A DNA stretch of 64,000 nucleotides from an uncultured Lachnospiraceae bacterium (lineage in GTDB: Bacteria; Bacillota; Clostridia; Lachnospirales; Lachnospiraceae), in assembly GCA_947169385.1 (NCBI GenBank), contig CAMVPR010000011.1, forward strand, positions 1,534 to 65,533, in the 5' to 3' direction. This document shows positions 1 through 9,396 of this stretch, one piece after another; position 1 is the first letter of the stretch; each line of letters opens with the position of its first letter. The notes below the pieces were generated by a model that saw only the letters and a list, made by a program, of their open reading frames with translations, searched no databases and was not told the DNA's origin. A program made the position numbers and the translations under genes.

Positions 1-1
1 A

Positions 2-610
2 GAGGTTAACTACTACCGTGACAGCGACAACGCTGTGGATATCACCAAGTTAAAAGAAAGAAAGATGACAGATATCAGAATCAGGGACTTTGGATTTGTC
101 TTTCAGCAAATGCATCTTGTCAGTAACCTTTCTTTGTTGGAAAATGTAGCTGTCAGCGGCTATCTTGATAAGAATGCAAATGCAAAAGAGGTTAGAGCTA
201 AAGCTAACAAACTTCTTGACAGGATGGGTCTTAAAGACGTTAAGGGTAACCTTCCTTCAAGGGTATCGGGAGGAGAACAGCAGAGGTGCTCAATTGCAAG
301 AGCGGTAATCAATTCTCCTAAGGTATTGTTTGCAGATGAGCCTACAGGTGCGTTGAACAGGAAGAATACAACAGAGGTTCTTGATCTTCTGACTGAACTT
401 AACGATCAGGGGCAAAGCATAGTGATGGTAACGCACGACATTAAGGCTGCATATCGTGGCAACAGACTTTTGTATCTTGATGACGGCAAAATCGTTGGAG
501 AGTTAAAGCTTCTTAAGTATAACGAGCTTGACGAGAAGGGTGAGAGAGTCTTGAGTGACAAGGCCAGAGAAGCGCAGGTTAACGCTTGGCTTGAGTCACT
601 TGACTGGTAA
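2..610 (+). CDS. ABC transporter ATP-binding subunit (LolD/MacB-like), 5' end outside the window
   Basis: Signature SGGEQQR, Walker B VLFADEPTGAL and H-loop VTHD. The frame is open from nt 2, so Walker A lies upstream of the window. Confidence 0.9.
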   Translation, partial: EVNYYRDSDNAVDITKLKERKMTDIRIRDFGFVFQQMHLVSNLSLLENVAVSGYLDKNANAKEVRAKANKLLDRMGLKDVKGNLPSRVSGGEQQRCSIARAVINSPKVLFADEPTGALNRKNTTEVLDLLTELNDQGQSIVMVTHDIKAAYRGNRLLYLDDGKIVGELKLLKYNELDEKGERVLSDKAREAQVNAWLESLDW

Positions 611-645
611 GATTTTGGTTGAAGATTACGAAAGGAATGAATGTT

Positions 646-3069
646 ATGGATATATTTACGCTTGTAAAAGCCGGAATAAAGAACAGATGGAATGTTTTTT
701 TGGGCTTTACATTTCTAACAATGATTATGGTTGTAAGCGTTGTTACCATGCTTGGTGTAAGGAAGAATTTTAACGCTTCTAAGGAGACGGCATACGCTAT
801 TGAAGATAAGGGAGTGATTGCCGGACAGTTTAGATATGGATATTTTACTCCTATGCTAAAACAAAAGCTCGAAAAAAACGATCAGGTAGACAGTTTAGAG
901 ATTTATGACAGCGTTGTGGGTAAAGGCATTAAATGTAATGGTAATAGTGAAGGCAACGGATATTATTTTATGAAAAACTTTGGTAAGCTTCCTATATTCA
1001 ACGAGGATTCAACCGGATTTATCAACTATAAATATGAAGATGGAAAGTATGTTGAGATAAAGGATTCCTCATATGATTTAAAGAGCGGAGAGATCTATCT
1101 TCCTTACGGGTTAAAGGATAGATTTGATGCAAATGTTGGAGATAGGATAAGTGTTAATTTCTTAAGCGGACCTAAGACATTTACCATAAAAGGATTTGTT
1201 CAGGAACCGCTAATGGGTTCTAATATCATTGGAATTAAGATGGTGTTTATAAGTGATGAGGATTTTGACAAGATATATAGCGATTGTACTAAAATGATTG
1301 AAACGGATGATGATGTTTGGGGAGCAGGAAATGTTGTGTTCGTGCATCCGACAGGTAAGGCTGACAAATCATCAGATATATTTCTTAGAGATCTTAACCT
1401 TAAGACCAAGATAAATGACATGGCATTTTCTGTAATGACCAAGGATCTTTCTGAGCACTATACCGGAATGTTTATCAATGTTATTATGGCGATGATTGTG
1501 GGAATAACCGTAATCTTAATGGTGATTTTCCTTATTGTTGCAGGACATAGTATAACAACTGAGCTTGATATTGACTATAAAGATCTTGGAATCCTTAAAA
1601 GCCAGGGTGCAAGCAGTTCGTTGATTAGAACTGTTTATATCGTTGAATATATATTTGCTCAGTTAGTTGGGTGCTTATTGGCATTTGTCATATCTATACC
1701 TTGCGAGAGAAAGTTAAGTGATGTATTTTTTGAAATGACAGGTATGTTGCCGGAGAGGAATTTTCCTGTTATCGAGGGTATACTAATAAGTTTGGGACTG
1801 TTTATAATAACAGGTATCTACATTTTCATGTTTACAAGAAAAGTTGTTAAGACTACTCCTGTCAAGGCTATCACAAGCGGGCATGATGATTTTTATTTCG
1901 ACAGCAGATATAATGCGCCGGTTACAAAGAGAGGCTTAGGTTTTATGATGGGCCTTAGACAGATTACTTCCGCACCAAAAAGGTATATAAGTATTGTTAT
2001 CGTGTCGTCATTATTGATATTTTCTGCAATTACTGTGGAACTGATGTCGGTTTACATAGAGTCAAGAGACGCGTTATCTTCGATGGGGACACCGATATGC
2101 GACATTGAGTTTGGATTTACCAATTCAGAACCTAAGTGTGAGGTTAAGGATGTTGAAAATGTCATTAACAAGTACACTAAGATTAAGGCTAGATCATACA
2201 TTTCGCATGTATATATATCAGTCAACGGCGAGCCGATATTAGCTGTTGTTAAGGGATATCCCGACGAGCTAAGTTCAGTCTACAAGGGACGAGAGATTAA
2301 GTATGATAATGAAATAGTTATAACCGAGCAGGTAGCTAAGCTTCTTGATATTGATATTGGGGATACTGTTTCTATTGGAAGATTCGAGAATAATGAAGAC
2401 TACGTTGTCGTAGGAATCTTTCAGTCAGTATCTGATACCGGCAAATGTATATCGATGTCGTTAGACGGTCTCAGCAGATTAAGAAATGATCCATCGGATA
2501 AATACACTATCAATAATCTCGGTGGATACGGGGTAGTTCTTGAAGATGCCTCATGTGCTGATAAAATAGCCAAAGAGGTTAAGGATAAATATGGCGAGGA
2601 TATCAAGATCAAGGCAATCCCATATGAAGACTTTATGGAGCAGATAGGTGACAGCTTTTACATGGCTGCTGATGCAAGTAAATACCTGATTTATGCGTTG
2701 GCGATAATATTTGCCGTAGTTACGGTTATTATGGTATGTCTAAAGGTGTTTATTCAGGAGAGAACTGACATCGGAATTATGCGAGCCGTAGGTTTCAGCG
2801 TTTCAAGAATCAGGAGACAATTTGCTGCTAGATTTGTTATAATCGGAATTATAAGTGGTGTTATAGGAGCGGTTATGGCAAGACTTTGGGCCGGGGCCTT
2901 GATGGAGGATATATTCTCTATGTTTGGAGTTCCGCATATCGAGTTGGAATATTCTATTTTAGCATTTGCAAAACCGGTCGTACTCTTTATAATAATGTAT
3001 ATGATATTCGGTTATCTTTCATCAAGAAAGGTTAAGAAGGTTAGTGCAAGAGAGCTTATCAATGAGTGA
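646..3069 (+). CDS. FtsX/MacB-type ABC permease with two FtsX repeats
   Basis: Multiple TM segments and two FtsX motifs (DLGILKSQGAS, DIGIMRAVGFS). Start chosen from RBS AAAGGA at 631-636; the ORF track starts at 619. Confidence 0.85.
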   Translation: MDIFTLVKAGIKNRWNVFLGFTFLTMIMVVSVVTMLGVRKNFNASKETAYAIEDKGVIAGQFRYGYFTPMLKQKLEKNDQVDSLEIYDSVVGKGIKCNGNSEGNGYYFMKNFGKLPIFNEDSTGFINYKYEDGKYVEIKDSSYDLKSGEIYLPYGLKDRFDANVGDRISVNFLSGPKTFTIKGFVQEPLMGSNIIGIKMVFISDEDFDKIYSDCTKMIETDDDVWGAGNVVFVHPTGKADKSSDIFLRDLNLKTKINDMAFSVMTKDLSEHYTGMFINVIMAMIVGITVILMVIFLIVAGHSITTELDIDYKDLGILKSQGASSSLIRTVYIVEYIFAQLVGCLLAFVISIPCERKLSDVFFEMTGMLPERNFPVIEGILISLGLFIITGIYIFMFTRKVVKTTPVKAITSGHDDFYFDSRYNAPVTKRGLGFMMGLRQITSAPKRYISIVIVSSLLIFSAITVELMSVYIESRDALSSMGTPICDIEFGFTNSEPKCEVKDVENVINKYTKIKARSYISHVYISVNGEPILAVVKGYPDELSSVYKGREIKYDNEIVITEQVAKLLDIDIGDTVSIGRFENNEDYVVVGIFQSVSDTGKCISMSLDGLSRLRNDPSDKYTINNLGGYGVVLEDASCADKIAKEVKDKYGEDIKIKAIPYEDFMEQIGDSFYMAADASKYLIYALAIIFAVVTVIMVCLKVFIQERTDIGIMRAVGFSVSRIRRQFAARFVIIGIISGVIGAVMARLWAGALMEDIFSMFGVPHIELEYSILAFAKPVVLFIIMYMIFGYLSSRKVKKVSARELINE

Positions 3070-3088
3070 TAAGGGAGATGATTCTTAG

Positions 3089-3763
3089 ATGTGGAAGATT
3101 CTTATTGTTGACGATGATCAGGCGTTGTCTGATATTACGAAGGACATGCTTGAGTCGTATGATTATGAAGTAGAGCAGGCGGGCAGTGTGGACGAGGCGT
3201 TCACGCTGCTTACCGATAACAGATATGATCTGATTATATTGGATATTAATCTGCCGGATGGGACGGGATTTGACGTGTGTGAGGAACTGCGTGAAGTCTC
3301 GTCTGTTCCTGTTGTTTTTGCGAGTGCGAGGACAAGTGTGGATGACAAAGTTGTAGGATTCGAAAAGGGTGCTGATGATTATATCCCTAAGCCGTACTCA
3401 ATGAAGGAGCTTCTTGTCAGGGTAAATGCAATAATCAGAAGAACCTATGGGCATAATGAGGCTGAGGAGAAGGTTGAGTTCGGAGATGTTGTCGTTAATC
3501 TTTCGGCAAGGAGTGTAATGAAAGGTGGCAAGATAATTTCCCTTTCACTAAAGGAGTTTGATCTGCTTGCATTTTTATGCCGCAATAAAGGTGAAGCAAT
3601 CGAGAAAGACAAGCTTATATCTGAGGTTTGGGGTGCATTTAGCGAGGTTGACAACTCGACACTTACGGTTCATATAAGGTGGCTTAGAGAGAAACTTGAG
3701 GACGATCCGTCTAAACCTACGCATATTAAAACGGTATTTAAGGTCGGCTATATCTTGGAGTGA
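3089..3763 (+). CDS. OmpR-family response regulator
   Basis: Receiver motifs ILIVDDD, LIILDINLPDG and KP, plus a winged-helix C-terminus (VHIRWLREKLE, IKTVFKVGY). Confidence 0.95.
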   Translation: MWKILIVDDDQALSDITKDMLESYDYEVEQAGSVDEAFTLLTDNRYDLIILDINLPDGTGFDVCEELREVSSVPVVFASARTSVDDKVVGFEKGADDYIPKPYSMKELLVRVNAIIRRTYGHNEAEEKVEFGDVVVNLSARSVMKGGKIISLSLKEFDLLAFLCRNKGEAIEKDKLISEVWGAFSEVDNSTLTVHIRWLREKLEDDPSKPTHIKTVFKVGYILE

Positions 3764-3778
3764 TGATGGAGGTGCGTG

Positions 3779-4924
3779 ATGGACAAAAGATTGAGCGCAA
3801 TTGCAGGTGTATATATACTGCTTATGATTGCTGTATTTCTGTTAATTGCCGGTGGAATAAAGAAGCAGGAGAATGAGAAGTTATCTGAATCAGCCGAGTT
3901 GAGTGTTATGGCAAATGAAATCAGACAAAGCGCTGAAGCAGGAGATAAAGAAGAGGTGCTTAGACTGTGTGATGAACTGGATGAAAGACATAGCAGCAAT
4001 AATAAACCATTATTAATCATTATCATTCCTGTGATAATAAGTATTGCAGGCGTATTAACTATGCTTGGTTATCTTAATGCCAGAGTGATTAGACCATTCT
4101 CTAATCTTGAAGATTTTGCAGGCGAGATAGCAAAGGGAAATTTCGAAACACCTCTTATGGTAACGAGAGAGAATTTCTTTGGAGATTTTACGTGGGCATT
4201 TGACAATATGCGTCACGAGATGATTAAGAGCAGAGCGAGAGAGCGTGAAGCGATTGAGAATAACAAGACGGTTATAGCTACGCTTTCTCACGATATTAAG
4301 ACCCCGGTTGCATCGATAAGAACGTACTCTGAGGCGTTTGAAGCCAATATGGACAGCACGCCTGAAAAGAGACAGAAGTACCTTTCGATTCTTATGGCTA
4401 AGTGTGATGAAGTAAGTAAGCTGACTAACGATCTATTTCTTCACTCGATTTCTGAGATGAACAGGTTAGAGGTTAGCAGTGAGGAGATTGAGATAGTTTC
4501 ATTTGTAAATGAAGAAGTTGCTAAGCTTTTCGCAAATGAAGAGGATGTCGTACTAAACCTTCCGGATAGTGAGATTGTTGTAAATGCTGACCCTAAGAGG
4601 CTTTTACAGGTGTTTGAGAATCTTAAGAACAACGCCGATAAATACGCGAAGACTAAGATTGAGATAAGTCTTGACATAGGTGAAGAAGTGAAGATTCATT
4701 TTCGTGACTTTGGAAATGGCATACCCGAGGAGGATATTCCTTTTATTACCGATAAGTTCTATAGGGGAAGAAATGTTGGGGATGAGAATGGCTCGGGATT
4801 GGGGCTTTATATAGTAGATGAACTGATGAATAAGATGGGTGGCAAGGTGATTCTGATTAATAAGAATCCGGGACTTGATGTGGTGCTTGAGTTATCTACA
4901 GGTCACCTTCATAAGAAAGCATGA
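3779..4924 (+). CDS. HAMP sensor histidine kinase
   Basis: Two TM segments, HAMP, H-box LSHDIKTP, N-box NNADKY and G-boxes DFGNGI and GSGLGL. Confidence 0.93.
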   Translation: MDKRLSAIAGVYILLMIAVFLLIAGGIKKQENEKLSESAELSVMANEIRQSAEAGDKEEVLRLCDELDERHSSNNKPLLIIIIPVIISIAGVLTMLGYLNARVIRPFSNLEDFAGEIAKGNFETPLMVTRENFFGDFTWAFDNMRHEMIKSRAREREAIENNKTVIATLSHDIKTPVASIRTYSEAFEANMDSTPEKRQKYLSILMAKCDEVSKLTNDLFLHSISEMNRLEVSSEEIEIVSFVNEEVAKLFANEEDVVLNLPDSEIVVNADPKRLLQVFENLKNNADKYAKTKIEISLDIGEEVKIHFRDFGNGIPEEDIPFITDKFYRGRNVGDENGSGLGLYIVDELMNKMGGKVILINKNPGLDVVLELSTGHLHKKA

Positions 4925-5324
4925 TTTTTAGTAATCTTATAAGTTCTAAAGTGTCTTTGCGGCCAAGTTTTTTAAGGAGCCCCTGGTATTCTTTTCTGAT
5001 TGAGTCACGTCGTTTCTTCTCTTCGGTGATACCGTCCTTGGTGATGTTGACAACTACGCGTCTTCTGTCGGCTTTGTCACGTGTTCTTACTATATATCCT
5101 TTGTATTCGAGACTTGATAAAATGTCTGTCATTCTTCCCGGAACTATGTGTAGGTACTTGGATAGTTCGCCGGCACACTCGCCGTCCTTGATGTAGGTAA
5201 GATAGTGAAGCGTGCCGTATTCACCACGCACGCTGTCCTGAACGGATCTGTTGACACGGCGGTTAAGCATTTCTGCCAACAGCATATATAACTCTTCTCC
5301 TAAGTTGTCCTCTTTTTTGCTCAT
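4896..5324 (-). CDS. MarR-family transcriptional regulator
   Basis: Wing motif LEYKGYIVRTRDKADRRRVVVNITKDG. ATG at 5324 has RBS AAGGGAG. Divergent from the NRPS-like gene. Confidence 0.88.
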   Translation of the reverse strand: MSKKEDNLGEELYMLLAEMLNRRVNRSVQDSVRGEYGTLHYLTYIKDGECAGELSKYLHIVPGRMTDILSSLEYKGYIVRTRDKADRRRVVVNITKDGITEEKKRRDSIRKEYQGLLKKLGRKDTLELIRLLKIMLSYEGDL

Positions 5325-5413
5325 AGTGTTACTCCCTTTTATTATCAATTTGGGTATATGATACCACAAAGAGCGTTTTAAGTATAGATGTATTGAGCTT
5401 CTTTAAAGGTTAA

Positions 5414-5446
5414 AGATCCTTCGGAACAAAGTTCCTCAGGATGACA
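5414..5446 (+). repeat. REP-like palindromic repeat (AGATYCTTCG...CTCAGRATGACA family), variant copy
   Basis: AGATCCTTCGGAACAAAGTTCCTCAGGATGACA. Ends match the copies at 9214, 41691, 58528, 58635 and 59706. Confidence 0.75.
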
Positions 5447-5467
5447 TTAAGTAATCCTTAATAAAAT

Positions 5468-5492
5468 ATTTATTTCGCGTTGCGAAATAAAT
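5468..5492. promoter_or_regulatory. Perfect 11-3-11 inverted repeat, likely MarR operator
   Basis: ATTTATTTCGC-GTT-GCGAAATAAAT, lying between the divergent marR and NRPS-like genes. Confidence 0.65.
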
Positions 5493-5522
5493 TCAACTGT
5501 GTTATATGTATTGTGTTGCTAG

Positions 5523-5543
5523 TTATTTCGCAGTACGAAAAAA
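5523..5543. promoter_or_regulatory. Second, imperfect operator copy abutting the RBS
   Basis: TTATTTCGC-AGT-ACGAAAAAA has the same left arm and 3-nt spacer, and runs into AAGGAG. Confidence 0.55.
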
Positions 5544-5557
5544 GGAGAGTATTATAA

Positions 5558-8500
5558 ATGATAACACGCGAAAACACTAAGACACTTTATGATTTGTTGA
5601 AAAATGCCGGAACACAGTATGCTTCGAGAATATTCCTAAAGTACGAGCGCGCGGAGGTATTCTATTGCAATACATACAGCGAGCTTTATAAGGATAGCTG
5701 CTCTTTCGGTGCATGGGTAAGTGAACAAGGGGATTGCCCGCATGTTGCACTTTTGGGTGATTGTAGTTACAGATATTTGAATGCGCTTTTCGGTACGGTG
5801 AGCGCGGGAGGAATTGCGGTTCCTATCGATACGAAGGCCGGTACTGCAAGTATTATTGAGCGTATCAACAAGGCGGAAACCGACATTTTATTATATGACT
5901 GGGATTTTCATGATGAGATAGATTTATATAAAGAGAAATGTCCGACGGTTAAGGAGTTTATCTGCATTCAGAATATGCAGGAACAGTCGGTACATAACAT
6001 TTGCAAAAACTACAGAAACAATTCTTTTGAACCTAAGGCAGAAGAAGATAAATGTGCTCTTATTATCTTTACATCAGGTACGACAGGTAAGGGCAAAGGC
6101 GTTATGCTTTCACACGGCAACCTTATTGACAACATTTTCAATAGTACAGAGGTTGAGAAGCAGGACAATGAGGTTGCGCTTAATGTGCTTCCGATTCATC
6201 ACGTGTTTTGTTTGAGCGGAGATGTTTTTCTGACTATGAGATATGGAAGCAAGCTGTGCTTGTGTCCTGATGTTTCTAAGTTATTCCACTATATTACAGT
6301 GTTTAAGCCGACTGTTCTGCGTGCGGTTCCAATGATCAGTAAGACGATTTATAATAGAATCGTTATGTTACACAGGAAGAATAAGGATGCAACAAGAAGG
6401 CAGATTAAGGACGAACTGTTGGGTTCTGATTTTCATAAGATAATAAGCGGTGGTGGCTACCTGGCTAAGGAGCTTGCGCTTAATCTTATCGGTCTTGGGA
6501 TATCCATCGGACAAGGTTATGGAATGTCTGAGTGTTCGCCTAAGATTGCGGCGCCTGACTACGAGCGACTTGAGAAGCTTGATTCTGTAGGACGGTTGGT
6601 AGAGGGTTGCGAAGTAAGATTTGTTGACGGCGAGATTCAGGTTAAGAGTCCGTCGGTTATGATGGGGTATTATAACGATGAGGAGCTTACCAAGGAGACT
6701 TTGACAGAAGACGGCTGGCTCATGACGGGAGATTTGGGTTATGTAGATGATGAGGATTTCCTCTATCTTACCGGACGCAAGAAGAATCTTATTATTCTCA
6801 GCAACGGTGAAAATGTTGCACCTGAGGGAATTGAGAACATGTTTGACGATGAGGTTCTCATTAAAGACATTATGGTATATGGTGATGGCGATACAATAGC
6901 AGCCTGCGTTTATCCTAATTACGAGTACGCTCAAGCTCAGAATATAACTGATGTTGAAGGTGCGGTAAATGATATCGTTAACATCAAGAATGTTGCACTT
7001 CCAACCTCCTCACAGATTATGAAATGTTCGGTTAGAAAGCATCCGTTTAAGAAGACATCTTCCAACAAGATTATTCGTGAACAGTTCTTTGAGGACCTTA
7101 AGAACGAGGAGGCAAGAAAGAGCGAGCTTACTCTTCCTGTTAATGACATGCAGAAAGAGCTCTGCCAGCTTATTGCAGATATTACGGGTAACGATACAGT
7201 CGGAACAACCGAAGACTTCTACGATATCGGTCTTGACTCAATGGGCAGCGTTATGCTTATTGAGGAGCTTGACGAACGCTTTAGCGTCAATATTTCCCTA
7301 AGCGAGCTTATCGAGAACAACACCGTTCTCTTGCTTGAAGAGTTCATTAACAATAAGGCAAATGAAAATGAAGACGGCATTGATTACAGTGTTAGAGAAG
7401 AGTATCCGCTTACCAATATTCAGATGTACTTCGGATATATCATCAAGGGCAACACAACGGGTAATCTTCCTTTCCTATACAAGCTCGGAGACAAGATTGA
7501 TCTTGTTAGACTTAAAGACGCAATACTTAGAGCATTTGACGCGCATCCAATACTAAAGGCCAACATTCATTTTAATGGACAGATGCTAATGACCTACAGA
7601 GATGATTCTAAGGTTATTTCTATTCCGATTGAGAAAATGAGTGAAGCTGATTGGGAAGAGAAGAAGAAGACGCTTGTTACTCCGTTTAAGTATACCGAAG
7701 ATGATGATCTTGTGCATGTATTCTTATCAGAAACTGAGAGTGGCAAATACTTCTTTATTGATGTTGCGCACATTATTGGTGACGGAATATCTATCGGTAT
7801 TTTGCTTAAGGACATCAATAAGGCTTATTGTAATGAAGAGGTTGAGCCTGAGAAGTTTACCTTCTTTGATTTCGCACTTTTGGATAATGCCAGAAGGACC
7901 AACGGTGTAAGAGAATCTGATATTAAGAGAACCGGTGAGCTTATGAAGGGTGCGTTGCTTAACAGAAGTATACTTAATAAACGCCTTGCACCGGATACAT
8001 TTGAGAAGAAATACGGTGTTATCACAAGCAGATTTGAGCACCTTACAAGAAAGGAGATTCTATACTATTGTAAGCAGAACGGTGTGTCAGAAAATGTTAT
8101 GTTTTTGACTGCTTTTAATTACCTGATATACCTGTTCTCTGATCAGGATGATGTATTTGCCAACAGCATTCACAGTGGTCGTACCGACAGCCGTTACGCT
8201 CATATGGTAGGCTCGCTGTTTATTACATACTTCTGTAGATTTACCAGAAAGCCACATGAGACTGTCATTGACCTTCTTAAGAAGACAGGAGCACAGATTA
8301 TGAAGACTATGAAGAATTCTGTGTCAAATGCAAGACAGGGCGAGATGTTCTTCCAGTATCAGGGTGACATTTTAGGACTCAAGGAAATCGGTGATGCCAA
8401 GGCTACAAGGTATCATTTGCAGCTTGATTCCCTTCCGTTCCATATGCAGGTGTTTAACGATGACAAGGGATATTATCAAGAGCTTAGATTCTGGGAGAAT

Positions 8501-9139
8501 CGTTTTGATGAGGAGCAGCTTAAGATATTCTTGACCTGTTACGAGTATATTTTGCTTGCGATGCTTCATGAGACGTCTGTCAGAAGGCTTAAGAGACATT
8601 TGCCTGAGGAGGTATTCCCTAAGCATTTCATCATTTCTACCAAGAAGTTGAACGAGGAGGCAGGAGTAAGACTTGTTGATGCGAGAAGACGCGAATGCAA
8701 GGTGTATGTGCTTGATGAGAGCTATCAGAAGAAGCCTTACGGAGCGTGGGGTAAGCTATATATCAAAGATATGGTTCCGACCCAATATAGCAAGGTAGTT
8801 GCGAGTCGTTACAGCGAGGGTGACCTCTACGAGACTGATATAATCGCAAGGATATTGCCTGACGGAACCTTGGATATGCTTGAGAATAACGGTAGAACTG
8901 TAATTACCGACGGTGTTCATGGGCTTAGAAAGTTCCCTCTTAAAGATGTTGAAAATGCAATCAACTCGATTGATAATGTCGAAAATGCAGACGCTTATCT
9001 ATACTTTGATTCAGAGATCAATGAGATGAGTCTTGCTGTCAATGTAGAGACAGATGGTGTAAATGCAGACGAGATTATAGCCTACATGACTGAGAACCAT
9101 GATCCTAACTTGGTTCCTAAGGTTGTTAATGTAAAATAA
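5558..9139 (+). CDS. NRPS-like multidomain protein: acyl-adenylating domain, carrier (T) domain, condensation domain, vestigial A-domain fragment
   Basis: A motifs FTSGTTGKGKG, GYGMSE, TGDLG and GRKKNLII. Carrier motif GLDSMG. C motif AHIIGDG. The C-terminal KVYVLDE..GAWGKLYIK..LYETD..ARILPDGTL resembles a decayed A domain. Confidence 0.85.
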   Translation: MITRENTKTLYDLLKNAGTQYASRIFLKYERAEVFYCNTYSELYKDSCSFGAWVSEQGDCPHVALLGDCSYRYLNALFGTVSAGGIAVPIDTKAGTASIIERINKAETDILLYDWDFHDEIDLYKEKCPTVKEFICIQNMQEQSVHNICKNYRNNSFEPKAEEDKCALIIFTSGTTGKGKGVMLSHGNLIDNIFNSTEVEKQDNEVALNVLPIHHVFCLSGDVFLTMRYGSKLCLCPDVSKLFHYITVFKPTVLRAVPMISKTIYNRIVMLHRKNKDATRRQIKDELLGSDFHKIISGGGYLAKELALNLIGLGISIGQGYGMSECSPKIAAPDYERLEKLDSVGRLVEGCEVRFVDGEIQVKSPSVMMGYYNDEELTKETLTEDGWLMTGDLGYVDDEDFLYLTGRKKNLIILSNGENVAPEGIENMFDDEVLIKDIMVYGDGDTIAACVYPNYEYAQAQNITDVEGAVNDIVNIKNVALPTSSQIMKCSVRKHPFKKTSSNKIIREQFFEDLKNEEARKSELTLPVNDMQKELCQLIADITGNDTVGTTEDFYDIGLDSMGSVMLIEELDERFSVNISLSELIENNTVLLLEEFINNKANENEDGIDYSVREEYPLTNIQMYFGYIIKGNTTGNLPFLYKLGDKIDLVRLKDAILRAFDAHPILKANIHFNGQMLMTYRDDSKVISIPIEKMSEADWEEKKKTLVTPFKYTEDDDLVHVFLSETESGKYFFIDVAHIIGDGISIGILLKDINKAYCNEEVEPEKFTFFDFALLDNARRTNGVRESDIKRTGELMKGALLNRSILNKRLAPDTFEKKYGVITSRFEHLTRKEILYYCKQNGVSENVMFLTAFNYLIYLFSDQDDVFANSIHSGRTDSRYAHMVGSLFITYFCRFTRKPHETVIDLLKKTGAQIMKTMKNSVSNARQGEMFFQYQGDILGLKEIGDAKATRYHLQLDSLPFHMQVFNDDKGYYQELRFWENRFDEEQLKIFLTCYEYILLAMLHETSVRRLKRHLPEEVFPKHFIISTKKLNEEAGVRLVDARRRECKVYVLDESYQKKPYGAWGKLYIKDMVPTQYSKVVASRYSEGDLYETDIIARILPDGTLDMLENNGRTVITDGVHGLRKFPLKDVENAINSIDNVENADAYLYFDSEINEMSLAVNVETDGVNADEIIAYMTENHDPNLVPKVVNVK

Positions 9140-9213
9140 TAATATAATTGATCAATGTGGACAGATCGAATGTTATTTAGATAAGATTTCACCACACTAA
9201 TACATACCAATAC

Positions 9214-9244
9214 ATGTCATCCTTCGCTTCGCTCAGGATGACAT
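9214..9244 (+). repeat. REP-like repeat forming a 10-bp hairpin; may also act as terminator
   Basis: ATGTCATCCT-TCGCTTCGCTC-AGGATGACAT followed by TTTT. Confidence 0.75.
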
Positions 9245-9275
9245 TTTTAGTAATGAAATTCTTTATCTTAATGGC

Positions 9276-9305
9276 ATTGGGCCTGTCCCCGTTGATCACT
9301 AAGCA
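9276..9305 (+). repeat. Left copy of the imperfect direct repeat flanking the HipA-like gene
   Basis: ATTGGGCCTGTCCCCGTTGATCACTAAGCA versus ATTGGGCCCCATTGATCACTTAGCA at 10488-10512. Confidence 0.6.
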
Positions 9306-9315
9306 ATTTTTAATG

Positions 9316-9344
9316 TTTACTTACAATAGTTAGTATAGTAGAAT
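9316..9344 (+). promoter_or_regulatory. Possible sigma-A promoter of the HipA-like gene
   Basis: TTTACT-17 nt-TAGAAT. Confidence 0.4.
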
Positions 9345-9396
9345 TGTGTATGTAGTTAGTGGATTACATGTGCATTTAACATAAGAAGGTGCTATT

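Noticed and set aside
4896-4924. 29-nt convergent overlap of marR and the kinase gene
   Set aside because: Short 3' overlaps are common and nothing indicates antisense control.
2-4924. ABC exporter plus two-component system as a novel resistance system
   Set aside because: This is an ordinary Firmicute arrangement, and the substrate cannot be inferred.
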